From a virus, in the IMG/VR virus record IMGVR_UViG_3300008108_000067, positions 26,890-90,889 of that record: a stretch of 64,000 nt of DNA. The stretch is one strand, 5' to 3'. Numbering within the stretch: the stretch's first letter is position 1; each line of letters opens with the position of its first letter. The translations under genes and the position numbers were made by a program. The notes under the pieces are model-generated. The model was not told the DNA's origin. It saw only the letters and a program-made list of their open reading frames with translations, and made no database searches. Below are positions 46,265 through 54,212 of this stretch, one piece after another.

Positions 46265-47389
46265 TTATGGTACTATAACTACCTTTGCATTATCCGAAAC
46301 TGTTCCAATTGATGCCGAAACAAATGTGGTTCCTGGCGCGATACCCAACAAAAGACCAATATTCGACACTCGTGCTGTTGCATTGTTAGTGGTGGTCCAC
46401 TCAAACGGACGACCATTCAGTGCTGCGACACTCAAAGGAACACTATCAGCATCAAATGCTGTGGCTGTGTATTGACGGGTAGCACCCACCTTCAGGTCTG
46501 AACTATCAGGTGAAACCACAATGTAATCAATACCCACTTCTGTTACATTCACCACCAATGTACCCACTCTGTTTTCAACAACACAAGTAATAATCGTGGT
46601 ACCGTAGGTAAGGCCTGTGATTACACCCGTTGCAGAAACGGTAGCAATGGATTCATCACTACTATGCCAACCAAATGTGCGTTGTGCAGCGGTCAGTGCT
46701 GTACCTGAACTGTTACGCAAATCTGCGACAACTGTTGCAGGGCGTCCAACATGAGCTGGCTTAGGCAATGTGAGAAGTACACGAGCGACAGGAACCAAAG
46801 ATACCGTGACGTTCAACGTACCTGTTTTTCCACCCGAAGTTGCGGTAATAGTAGTTGTACCTGCCGACAATGCAGTAATCAATCCTGTTGCGGACACTGA
46901 GGCGACGGCTGGCGTGCTTGATGTCCAAGTAGTGGTGAATGATGTCAGTGTATTATTTCCACTGTCCCGTGCAACAGAGGTTGCCTGTAATGTCTGACCA
47001 ACAAAAAACGTAGGCGGTACAGTTGCCGTTACTGTGACAGTAGCTACTGTTGGGTCTGTTACGAAAATCGTAGCAGTTGCGAATTTACCACCCACTGCCG
47101 CTGTAATTGTAGCTTGACCCTTGGATACTCCTGTTACTAACCCATTAACAACTGTTGCGACCGATGTATTATTTGATGACCATGCAACTGTTTGATCTCT
47201 CATAACAGAATCACGTTGATCTTTAACAGTGGGCGTGATGTTAATTGTACGTCCAATTTCAAGTTGTGTAGCAGTAACATTTAATGATACTGTTGTTACC
47301 GCCGGTGTTACTGGAGCCGTAACAACGGCTTCTTCCGTGCACGCGGTAATACTCAATGCCAACAATGTTCCATACAAAATACGCTTCAT
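46265..47389 (-). CDS. Lipoprotein with four bacterial Ig-like (Big_2) domains
   Basis: Lipobox ITAC; four repeats of W-x-S/T...VA-x-V...G-x-V/I/L...G-x-T/A. Confidence 0.88.
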   Translation of the reverse strand: MKRILYGTLLALSITACTEEAVVTAPVTPAVTTVSLNVTATQLEIGRTINITPTVKDQRDSVMRDQTVAWSSNNTSVATVVNGLVTGVSKGQATITAAVGGKFATATIFVTDPTVATVTVTATVPPTFFVGQTLQATSVARDSGNNTLTSFTTTWTSSTPAVASVSATGLITALSAGTTTITATSGGKTGTLNVTVSLVPVARVLLTLPKPAHVGRPATVVADLRNSSGTALTAAQRTFGWHSSDESIATVSATGVITGLTYGTTIITCVVENRVGTLVVNVTEVGIDYIVVSPDSSDLKVGATRQYTATAFDADSVPLSVAALNGRPFEWTTTNNATARVSNIGLLLGIAPGTTFVSASIGTVSDNAKVVIVP

Positions 47390-47457
47390 TTTTTTCTCCT
47401 ACTAAGGTAATCCGACACAACCGAGTGTTGTGCCTTCTAAGCCGGGATATCCCGACA

Positions 47458-47529
47458 CAGGCCCACTAGGACTCGAACCTAGACAAACGCTTTTGGAGAG
47501 CGTTGTGCTGCCAATTACACCATGAACCC
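47458..47529 (-). tRNA. tRNA-Trp(CCA)
   Basis: ACGCT-CTCCAAA-AGCGT. Confidence 0.92.
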
Positions 47530-47533
47530 AGAG

Positions 47534-47607
47534 TACACCAGGCTAGAGTTGAACTAGCGACCTTTCGTGTATCAGACGAATGCTCTAACCAACTGAGCTA
47601 CTGGTGT
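47534..47607 (-). tRNA. tRNA-Ile(GAT)
   Basis: TTCGT-CTGATAC-ACGAA. Confidence 0.92.
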
Positions 47608-47620
47608 GCATCTTACAAAA

Positions 47621-47703
47621 TGGGAGTGGTTGGACTCGAACCAACGTAGATTATTAATCGGCAGATTTACAGTCTGCTGCCATTGCCGCTAGGCGACACT
47701 CCC
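47621..47703 (-). tRNA. tRNA-Tyr(GTA)
   Basis: GCAGA-CTGTAAA-TCTGC; long variable arm. Confidence 0.93.
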
Positions 47704-47709
47704 AAACTA

Positions 47710-48291
47710 CTATTTTTTCAAATCGTTTTTGATGTCTCGTTTGACCTTTTTAAGATAACCAATTCGCGTTTCATTGTCAACGAATGGTACACTCCAAAAC
47801 TGTCGTGTATTTGTCTTAAACCACCCAAATACAAATGAATATACTCCTAATACTAACCGTAATTTTACGGCATTGAAATATAACATATATACAGGAAGTG
47901 CGGGTGCTCCGTGTGTTAAGTATGTACGAACCTTTTTGTGTGACAATAATGGTTTTGGATAACCATATTTTGGAATTAACGGAACAAACTTATATGCGAA
48001 TCCTGGTGTGAATACCACATCAAAGAATTCTTCCATTAGTGGTGTACACCGAAACCACCACACAGGTGATATAATGTAAATTCTATCTGCCCATGTCACC
48101 AACTCTTGATAATGTTTAATAACTTCTTTCTTTTTGATGGAAAGATCATCTTTATAGAGGTCAATGACTTCTATGGTTTGTGTAGATTCATAGCTTGCGT
48201 TATTAGTTAATTCGTCTTTAATGGTTTTAAAAATACCATTATAACAAAAACTTTTCTTATCAGGATGTCCGATGACTATTAAATTGTTCAT
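47710..48291 (-). CDS. Flavodoxin-like NAD(P)H-dependent oxidoreductase
   Basis: IGHPDKKSF, IDLYKD, SPVWWF, VFTPGFAY. Confidence 0.88.
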   Translation of the reverse strand: MNNLIVIGHPDKKSFCYNGIFKTIKDELTNNASYESTQTIEVIDLYKDDLSIKKKEVIKHYQELVTWADRIYIISPVWWFRCTPLMEEFFDVVFTPGFAYKFVPLIPKYGYPKPLLSHKKVRTYLTHGAPALPVYMLYFNAVKLRLVLGVYSFVFGWFKTNTRQFWSVPFVDNETRIGYLKKVKRDIKNDLKK

Positions 48292-48319
48292 TTCACTCCT
48301 TGTAAAAGTTATAAAACAA

Positions 48320-48393
48320 TAGCGGGGGAGGGATTCGAACCCTCGACCTCACGATTATGAGTCGTGCGCTCTCACCAACTGAGCTACCCTGCC
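48320..48393 (-). tRNA. tRNA-Met(CAT), elongator type
   Basis: CACGA-CTCATAA-TCGTG. Confidence 0.9.
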
Positions 48394-48545
48394 ACTTTTC
48401 GAATGTATACTTTAAACCAAATAAATATTTTATCTAAATTGGAAAACGTTCTCCAATTCTTAACTTCGTTAATTGTACGATAACATCCTACACAACGTGT
48501 ACCTTCAAGTTTACATATTTTTTTACACGGAGAATTTATAACCAC
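48384..48545 (-). CDS. DUF1289-like small Cys protein (53 aa, GTG start)
   Basis: SPCKKICKL...CVGCYRTINEVKNW; manual translation. Confidence 0.75.
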   Translation of the reverse strand: MVINSPCKKICKLEGTRCVGCYRTINEVKNWRTFSNLDKIFIWFKVYIRKVAG

Positions 48546-48814
48546 CGAAATATTCCTGTTATGTCAATTAGTATCCATACCGCATTGACAATAACCATTG
48601 GATAATCTTTCTTATTAAAGAAACTGTGTAACATTCCACCGTGTCCAAAAAAGAAAAGTAAATATGGTATCCACATAGGAATGTTAGGAATTCTACCAGC
48701 TAATATAATTCCACCCACAATTAAAATTAATACAGCCCACCATTTACGTTTAACAATAATGTGCTCTTCTGTTTCTGTTAAAGTTACTGGTTTCGCAAAT
48801 AAAATATTTTTCAT
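48536..48814 (-). CDS. Small multi-pass membrane protein
   Basis: Three hydrophobic segments. Confidence 0.7.
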   Translation of the reverse strand: MKNILFAKPVTLTETEEHIIVKRKWWAVLILIVGGIILAGRIPNIPMWIPYLLFFFGHGGMLHSFFNKKDYPMVIVNAVWILIDITGIFRWL

Positions 48815-48966
48815 TTATATTGACCAGTATCTATTGAATTCTGGATATCACCACCTTGTAACACTTCTGGTTCGGTATCCCCTATAAACATAATAACACC
48901 AAAAAATATCATTACAACAATAACCAAAGTAGTTGCGATTACTTTTTTAACTTGTTTAGTATCCAT
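48811..48966 (-). CDS. Small single-pass membrane protein
   Basis: Start moved to ATG 48966 (AGGAG SD); the longer ORF reads through tRNAs. Confidence 0.6.
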   Translation of the reverse strand: MDTKQVKKVIATTLVIVVMIFFGVIMFIGDTEPEVLQGGDIQNSIDTGQYK

Positions 48967-48985
48967 AATATAATCTCCTATAAAA

Positions 48986-49068
48986 AGGTGCGAGCCAGAT
49001 TCGAACTGGCGTGGGATTTCTCCAAAGGTTTTGCAGACCCGTGCCTTCAGCCACTCGGCCATCGCACC
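48986..49068 (-). tRNA. tRNA-Cys(GCA) with a long variable arm
   Basis: Loop CTGCAAA; U73; extra arm TGGAGAAATCCCAC. Confidence 0.85.
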
Positions 49069-49071
49069 GTA

Positions 49072-49145
49072 TGCTCCTGGAGGGACTCGAACCCCCAACC
49101 CACTGAGTAGAAATCAGTTGCGCTATCCAATTACGCCACAGAAGC
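49072..49145 (-). tRNA. tRNA-Arg(TCT)
   Basis: ACTGA-TTTCTAC-TCAGT. Confidence 0.92.
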
Positions 49146-49179
49146 AGTTAATGTATTTGACCAAATTACAAAATATATT

Positions 49180-49539
49180 TTATTTACCTAAACTATGTCG
49201 AATAGGTTTTCCTGTTTCATCAACACACACAAATACCATCTCATCAATATCAACAATAACTTTTTGTGTAGTTAAATCTCGTACTTGCACTTCCAAAGTA
49301 ATAGAAGTTTTTCCAACGGTTTTTAACGCCACTCCGATTTCAACAACATCCCCTTGATATGCAGGTGCAACAAAGTTAATAGCAGACATACTTTTTGTCA
49401 CAACTTTTTTATGTCGGGTTTCAATTGCCGCATAAATTGATGCTTCTTCGTCAACCCAAGCCAAACACCGGCCCCCGAACAATGTGCCGTTTATATTTAA
49501 ATCACCTGGTTGCACCAATTTTCTAGTTAAGAATCTCAT
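49180..49539 (-). CDS. Acyl-CoA thioesterase (hotdog fold)
   Basis: PGDLNINGTLFGGRCLAWVDE, INFVAP, VGKTSI. Confidence 0.9.
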   Translation of the reverse strand: MRFLTRKLVQPGDLNINGTLFGGRCLAWVDEEASIYAAIETRHKKVVTKSMSAINFVAPAYQGDVVEIGVALKTVGKTSITLEVQVRDLTTQKVIVDIDEMVFVCVDETGKPIRHSLGK

Positions 49540-49560
49540 AAAATTTTTGTTTAAATGTTA

Positions 49561-49634
49561 TGCCCCAAGCAGGAGTCGAACCCACAACCCTCTGATCCGA
49601 AGTCAGATGCTCTATCCAATTGAGCTATTGAGGC
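49561..49634 (-). tRNA. tRNA-Arg(TCG)
   Basis: TCTGA-CTTCGGA-TCAGA; A20 in the D-loop. Confidence 0.9.
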
Positions 49635-49637
49635 GTA

Positions 49638-49706
49638 TCAGGTAGGAGGGAGTCTCTCCCCCCGTTCCACAGGCGGGTGCCCCTACCATCTGGGCCGCAT
49701 ACCTGA
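49638..49706 (-). ncRNA. tRNA-His(GTG)-like element lacking a canonical T-loop
   Basis: D-arm GCCC-AGATGGTAG-GGGC; anticodon loop CTGTGGA; T-arm replaced by GGGAG-AGA-CTCCC. Confidence 0.5.
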
Positions 49707-49738
49707 ATTATGTTTTCATATAATACCATTGGGAATAA

Positions 49739-50116
49739 TTATATTTTTCTTACGCTGCCATCTTCGTTTTCGGTACACTTTCGAAACCAAATTACGCCTG
49801 CTTCATTTCTATGTTTTCCGAAACACAATACCGCGGTGATACCAAAATTCCACGGATCATTAGGGTTAACCTTCTTGCCATTCACTCGTAACTGCGTGGG
49901 ATTCTTTTTGAACTGTCCTTTACTCTTGACGAATCCAGCCGATTCAAAGACATCCAGTATGGTTTGTTTTTCTGGTAATTCAATAAATCGTAAACCAACT
50001 GCGAACACACAATCTGCCACACTATTTCTATCCAGCTTCGTACATGTCATCACATCTTCTAATGAGGTGATATCATTAAAATCTTCGGGAGTTAAAAACG
50101 GCTTTTCATCATCCAT
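49739..50116 (-). CDS. Hypothetical protein with an S4-like RNA-binding motif
   Basis: ILDVFESAGFVKSKGQF...LRVNGKKV resembles the TyrRS C-terminal S4 domain. Confidence 0.55.
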   Translation of the reverse strand: MDDEKPFLTPEDFNDITSLEDVMTCTKLDRNSVADCVFAVGLRFIELPEKQTILDVFESAGFVKSKGQFKKNPTQLRVNGKKVNPNDPWNFGITAVLCFGKHRNEAGVIWFRKCTENEDGSVRKI

Positions 50117-50119
50117 GTA

Positions 50120-50527
50120 TTAATCCCATAATCCTTCGTAATATTTTCCAAACAATCGAAGTCCATTAATGATACGTACTTGGTTTACATATTTTTCCGT
50201 CCAAGTGCAATTTTGTTTACTTTCAAAGGCAAAAATCATTTCATCCATGACCCAATCCCATCGCTTAAAATAATTGTCATCCGTATCCCAATCATTTTCA
50301 GTCGGTGGAGCTGCTGATTTGCGAAGGTGTTCGGGAACATCTTCGTCATCAACATGTGGTGCGCCGTGTTTTGTTTCTTTCAATTGCTTAAGCATAGGAA
50401 GAATGATATGCGCTAATGTCACATCCATGCTCCATGTATCCCATGGATCAATTTTCACAGAAATCTTCTGTTCTTTGTTTGAATCTTTTGGATAGCGACC
50501 AATGGAAACTTTCATATTAATATTCAA
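50120..50527 (-). CDS. Phage hypothetical protein
   Basis: DPWDTWSMD...RWDWVMDEMIFAF...GLRLFGKYYEGLWD. Confidence 0.75.
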   Translation of the reverse strand: MNINMKVSIGRYPKDSNKEQKISVKIDPWDTWSMDVTLAHIILPMLKQLKETKHGAPHVDDEDVPEHLRKSAAPPTENDWDTDDNYFKRWDWVMDEMIFAFESKQNCTWTEKYVNQVRIINGLRLFGKYYEGLWD

Positions 50528-50810
50528 CCTTGATATAATGTTCTGTTGTGAGATGCATCTTTTTACGATAGAAATGTTTCATCTTGTAAGCCAACATTAC
50601 AACTACAACTATAAAATTGAAAATATAATTCATCATCAATGGAATATTCCACAACATAATAGCATACGTTGTCATGAATATTTCACCAATAAACCAAAGT
50701 AACAACATAGGCCAACCGATATGACATCGTTTATCCGTAATGGTTCTAAACAACTCCGGAATAGCATTAATCGTGAGAAAAATACTCCCTATATATCCAA
50801 TCGTTTCCAT
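50517..50810 (-). CDS. PQ-loop/SemiSWEET-like membrane protein
   Basis: IGYIGSIFLTINAIPEL; three TM segments; PLMMNY. Confidence 0.7.
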   Translation of the reverse strand: METIGYIGSIFLTINAIPELFRTITDKRCHIGWPMLLLWFIGEIFMTTYAIMLWNIPLMMNYIFNFIVVVVMLAYKMKHFYRKKMHLTTEHYIKVEY

Positions 50811-50832
50811 ATTATTTACCCAAATGTTTTTA

Positions 50833-50916
50833 TGCACTCGGAGGGACTCGAACCCCCAATCCATTTCTGGAACTTGCTCCTAAGGCAAGCGCGTAGACCA
50901 ATTCCGCCACGAGTGC
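50833..50916 (-). tRNA. tRNA-Leu(TAG)
   Basis: CTTGC-CTTAGGA-GCAAG; long variable arm. Confidence 0.93.
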
Positions 50917-50925
50917 AACAACTAC

Positions 50926-51549
50926 TTAAAACTTCGTCTGGTCACGTTCCGCAGAACACGCCATATGGTCAGCCCAATGAATAATATACGGAAGATTTGT
51001 TTTCATTGGATATACCGAATGATTCTTCAAATAAGCCTTGTTACTATCATCATACATACCATCAGACAACTTGATTGCAATAAATTCCTTTTCCGTAACA
51101 GGAATCTCAAACTTTTGTAGAAGGTACAATGCACGGTCAGTAACAGTCATATACTGAATGTTATCATTGTACTTGTACATCTCCCCACGTTTACGATGCC
51201 AATCACTGTCTTGGTCAAGATAATAAGCACCTTGCTCATTACCCAACTTACCCAAGTCGTGATGTAATGCTGCGAAAATCATTTCTTGCTTGGTAAAATC
51301 AATATCACCACCGATTGCTTTGTATACGGTAGCGACCTTCATAGATGCCTCTGCAACGTGAACTACGTGGTCAAGGTATCCGCCAGGAAATGCATTATGA
51401 TAGTGAACCTTTCCCGATGCAGGTGCTGAAATAAGCTGCTCTCCAAACACTTCATACATCTGATTTAGCTTTTCTAGACGAGAATCTTCGGCAAGAAATG
51501 CATTGAACTTCTCTAAGTTTTTCTTAGCTTTCTCTTCGTAGTCAAACAT
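50926..51549 (-). CDS. HD-domain phosphohydrolase
   Basis: APAS...HNAFPGGYLDHV...ALHHDLGK...HWAD. Confidence 0.88.
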   Translation of the reverse strand: MFDYEEKAKKNLEKFNAFLAEDSRLEKLNQMYEVFGEQLISAPASGKVHYHNAFPGGYLDHVVHVAEASMKVATVYKAIGGDIDFTKQEMIFAALHHDLGKLGNEQGAYYLDQDSDWHRKRGEMYKYNDNIQYMTVTDRALYLLQKFEIPVTEKEFIAIKLSDGMYDDSNKAYLKNHSVYPMKTNLPYIIHWADHMACSAERDQTKF

Positions 51550-51559
51550 AACCGTTTCC

Positions 51560-52246
51560 TTAGTAATTAAAGTTTTGGAAATCCTCTGTATACAACTCCC
51601 TTAACAAATATAACAGTGTGGGGTCCGAAAAGTCAACCCCCAAATTATTAGGATATCTTCTATATAAAGTATTATCTAAATTATACCCTAATTTATTTTT
51701 TATGAAATTCGATAAATTTTCTCTATTTTCGTATTTAAAAATAGTTAATTTTTGTTGTGGTCCTTCCAATAAAAAAGTTTGTGATACAATAAACGGTACT
51801 CGTAAACAATTATCTGTATAACTTGTTATAGATTTACCAAATCTATCTTTAATACTATCGGCCACGTTGGTCCAATAATCACTTTCACCATTTTTATATA
51901 CTGCTCTAAAAAAATCTTTACGTTGACTTTTTAATATCAACATATCTTTTATAAAGAGTATTGTATCTAGTGTAGTAGGTAATTTATCAACGTGTACTTT
52001 ACACTTACCACACATACATACACTAAAAATGTGATTTAATCCAGACCGAAATCTATTCACAGGATGACGAACAGTTGTAAATGAATCAAGTATTCCATAC
52101 TGAGATATTAATTCTTCGTATGAACTATGCGTCTGTTCATTTACATCCATATAAGGGAAAAATGTTCTCATCACTGCCGTAGATGCAGTTTTGGGAACAT
52201 TTACCCATAACCATTGTTTATCTTCAATTTTAGATTGAATTAACAT
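51560..52246 (-). CDS. Sulfotransferase family 2-like protein
   Basis: VPKTASTA (5'-PSB loop), VRHPVNRFRS (3'-PB motif), YTEDFQNFNY. Confidence 0.8.
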   Translation of the reverse strand: MLIQSKIEDKQWLWVNVPKTASTAVMRTFFPYMDVNEQTHSSYEELISQYGILDSFTTVRHPVNRFRSGLNHIFSVCMCGKCKVHVDKLPTTLDTILFIKDMLILKSQRKDFFRAVYKNGESDYWTNVADSIKDRFGKSITSYTDNCLRVPFIVSQTFLLEGPQQKLTIFKYENRENLSNFIKNKLGYNLDNTLYRRYPNNLGVDFSDPTLLYLLRELYTEDFQNFNY

Positions 52247-52247
52247 T

Positions 52248-52775
52248 TTATACTATTAAGGTCACCCTATTTGTTCTAGATTGCTGTCTGGTCCATAGTT
52301 CAAAGATTGTAGGAACCGTTGGTACTTTTAGTAATACCATATTTACATCATCCAATAGCTTGTCTGCTTTTTTATTATTACACGTACTACAACTTGTAAC
52401 TACATTTGTCCACTCATCCTTACCACCCTTTGCTACTGGATGTATGTGGTCACGAGTAAGAAACTCATGTGATTTCATCTGATTACGTGTACGTCCGCAA
52501 TACTGACAAGTGTATGCGTCACGGACAAATAGATTTTTTTGTGTAAGTAATGCTGGCGTCCTAAATACCCGACGACCCTTGATATAGTGTTTCAGAGCAA
52601 TCATCAGTGGTATAGGAAACGTTTGCCTTGGTGACCGTACCACCAAATTCGGATGTTCCTCAACTATGATAGCCTTTCCTTCCAAAAACATCAACAATGC
52701 TCGTTTGGAAGATACCACTGTAATGGGTTCGTACGTGGCATTTAGAACAACACACTTTGTTGTTTCCAACGCCAT
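52248..52775 (-). CDS. HNH endonuclease (McrA-like)
   Basis: LNATYEP, RDAYTCQYCG, TRDHIHP, NVVTSCSTCNNKK. Confidence 0.93.
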   Translation of the reverse strand: MALETTKCVVLNATYEPITVVSSKRALLMFLEGKAIIVEEHPNLVVRSPRQTFPIPLMIALKHYIKGRRVFRTPALLTQKNLFVRDAYTCQYCGRTRNQMKSHEFLTRDHIHPVAKGGKDEWTNVVTSCSTCNNKKADKLLDDVNMVLLKVPTVPTIFELWTRQQSRTNRVTLIV

Positions 52776-52779
52776 AAAT

Positions 52780-53115
52780 TTACTCCTGAGGTTTGATATC
52801 GTTTAGTAATTGATTGATACTCTTGTCCGTTAACATTTGTAATATGTCACGTGCCTTTGCTGCTGTTTCGTAATCTTCTTCCTCAATAGAATATTTCATA
52901 GCATCCTTCAAAACAATTTCGTACTCAGATTGTCGTACAACAGCAACGTGAGTATGTTTGTTGTTTATAGGATTTATCTGGAATAGTTCTACCTTATCTA
53001 AATTTTCCCGAATACCTTTTTTAATTTGTTTTATTAAATATTTGTATACTACTAATCTATTTTCATTCAGAAATTTCTGAATTATATAGAAAGGTTTCGG
53101 TGGTAGGTTTAACAT
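52780..53115 (-). CDS. Hypothetical protein with a UVR (UvrB/C) motif
   Basis: IEEEDYETAAKARD. Confidence 0.7.
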   Translation of the reverse strand: MLNLPPKPFYIIQKFLNENRLVVYKYLIKQIKKGIRENLDKVELFQINPINNKHTHVAVVRQSEYEIVLKDAMKYSIEEEDYETAAKARDILQMLTDKSINQLLNDIKPQE

Positions 53116-53483
53116 TACTTATCCTTCTTTTTAATATTCTTTTTCTTAGTTACTTTCTTAATTACTTTCTTCTTTGCCGCAGTTTTTGTAGGAGTGTCGG
53201 TTTCACCCGTTTCTACTCCTTTACAAAATACTCGTCCATCGGTATGAACATATCTGGTTTTGAAATGCCACCCACGAGGAAATTTTTCACCTTCTGGTTT
53301 TTTCTGTGTACTGGGTGGTGGTGCAATCATTCGTTGTACGCAGTATGCGCAGGTCACTCGACCAATATCCGCTGCAACTTCTACTTCTTCATTATTACAT
53401 TCACCACAAGTCAAATACCTACGACCAGTAACCCGAAGTGCTTCCGTCTTTGTCAACCGCTTAATTCTACGCTTCAATGCCAT
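53115..53483 (-). CDS. Zinc-binding basic hypothetical protein
   Basis: CGEC...CAYC; PRGWHF; Lys-rich tail. Confidence 0.7.
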   Translation of the reverse strand: MALKRRIKRLTKTEALRVTGRRYLTCGECNNEEVEVAADIGRVTCAYCVQRMIAPPPSTQKKPEGEKFPRGWHFKTRYVHTDGRVFCKGVETGETDTPTKTAAKKKVIKKVTKKKNIKKKDK

Positions 53484-53484
53484 G

Positions 53485-53748
53485 TTAACCTCGTGCTTTC
53501 CAAAGTCTGTATTGTTTATTCCACCGAGCTTCGAGAAACTTCACTTTGTTTTTTGCCCAACTAGGAGAGTTTAGTTCTTTAACTATGTCGTTTAATTCAA
53601 GTATGCGAATTCTTGCGTTAAACAACTGTGCTAAAGTTTTTGCTTCGACAATCAACGACATCACCTTCATATATTCGGATTCAATATACTCTTTTTTTGA
53701 GTCTGTTCCAAATATACTGTTAAGGTAGTGTTTAATTTCTTCATACAT
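53485..53748 (-). CDS. Hypothetical protein
   Basis: 87-aa ORF with GGAG SD. Confidence 0.65.
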   Translation of the reverse strand: MYEEIKHYLNSIFGTDSKKEYIESEYMKVMSLIVEAKTLAQLFNARIRILELNDIVKELNSPSWAKNKVKFLEARWNKQYRLWKARG

Positions 53749-53785
53749 TGTTTACTCCAACAAAATGTAAACACTAACCGTTAAG

Positions 53786-54124
53786 TGGACCTGAGGGGAA
53801 TCGAACCCCTGTCCGAGATTGCTTCCTACTAAATGTTTATGTGTGTAGTCAGTTATTTGAATTCATTCAGTTCTCATTAACTAACAAACGTAAACTGAAT
53901 ATAGAACCGAAGTATCACCTTGAATACGGTTCCTATCAAGGCTATACCACATAAATGAACAAATTAACCCTATGCGGTAATCTCAGATTAATTCGTCAGG
54001 CTGCAATTAAGCAGCGAGGGCTAAAGTATAGTTGCCAGTTAGATTTTTTGGTCTGTTTTACTCGTCTTACCAAACGAGACACAAAACTTAATCATCCACA
54101 CCCCGTCGAAACCAGGACAGGCCC
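53786..54124 (-). ncRNA. ssrA: tmRNA; tag reading frame GNYTLALAA* at 54036-54007
   Basis: 5' GGGCCTG..GGTTTCGAC, 3' GGTTCGATTCCCCTCAGGTCCA; G3-U70; TAACT before the resume codon; tag ends ALAA. Confidence 0.93.
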
Positions 54125-54150
54125 GTATCTACTATACATAGATATACTGT

Positions 54151-54179
54151 AATATAAAAAGACCAACTTGATTTGTCAA
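54151..54179 (-). promoter_or_regulatory. Sigma70-type promoter TTGACA-N17-TATATT for tmRNA
   Basis: Consensus -35 and 17-nt spacer. Confidence 0.8.
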
Positions 54180-54189
54180 GTCGGTCTTA
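54156..54189 (-). terminator. Intrinsic terminator overlapping the tmRNA promoter
   Basis: AAGACCGACTTGA-CAAA-TCAAGTTGGTCTT followed by more Ts. Confidence 0.75.
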
Positions 54190-54212
54190 ATATATAGTAC
54201 CAAATAATAAAT

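Noticed and set aside
52248-52775. Homing endonuclease in an intron or other mobile element
   Set aside because: It is a free-standing gene tightly packed in an operon, with no interrupted gene, intron core or terminal repeats
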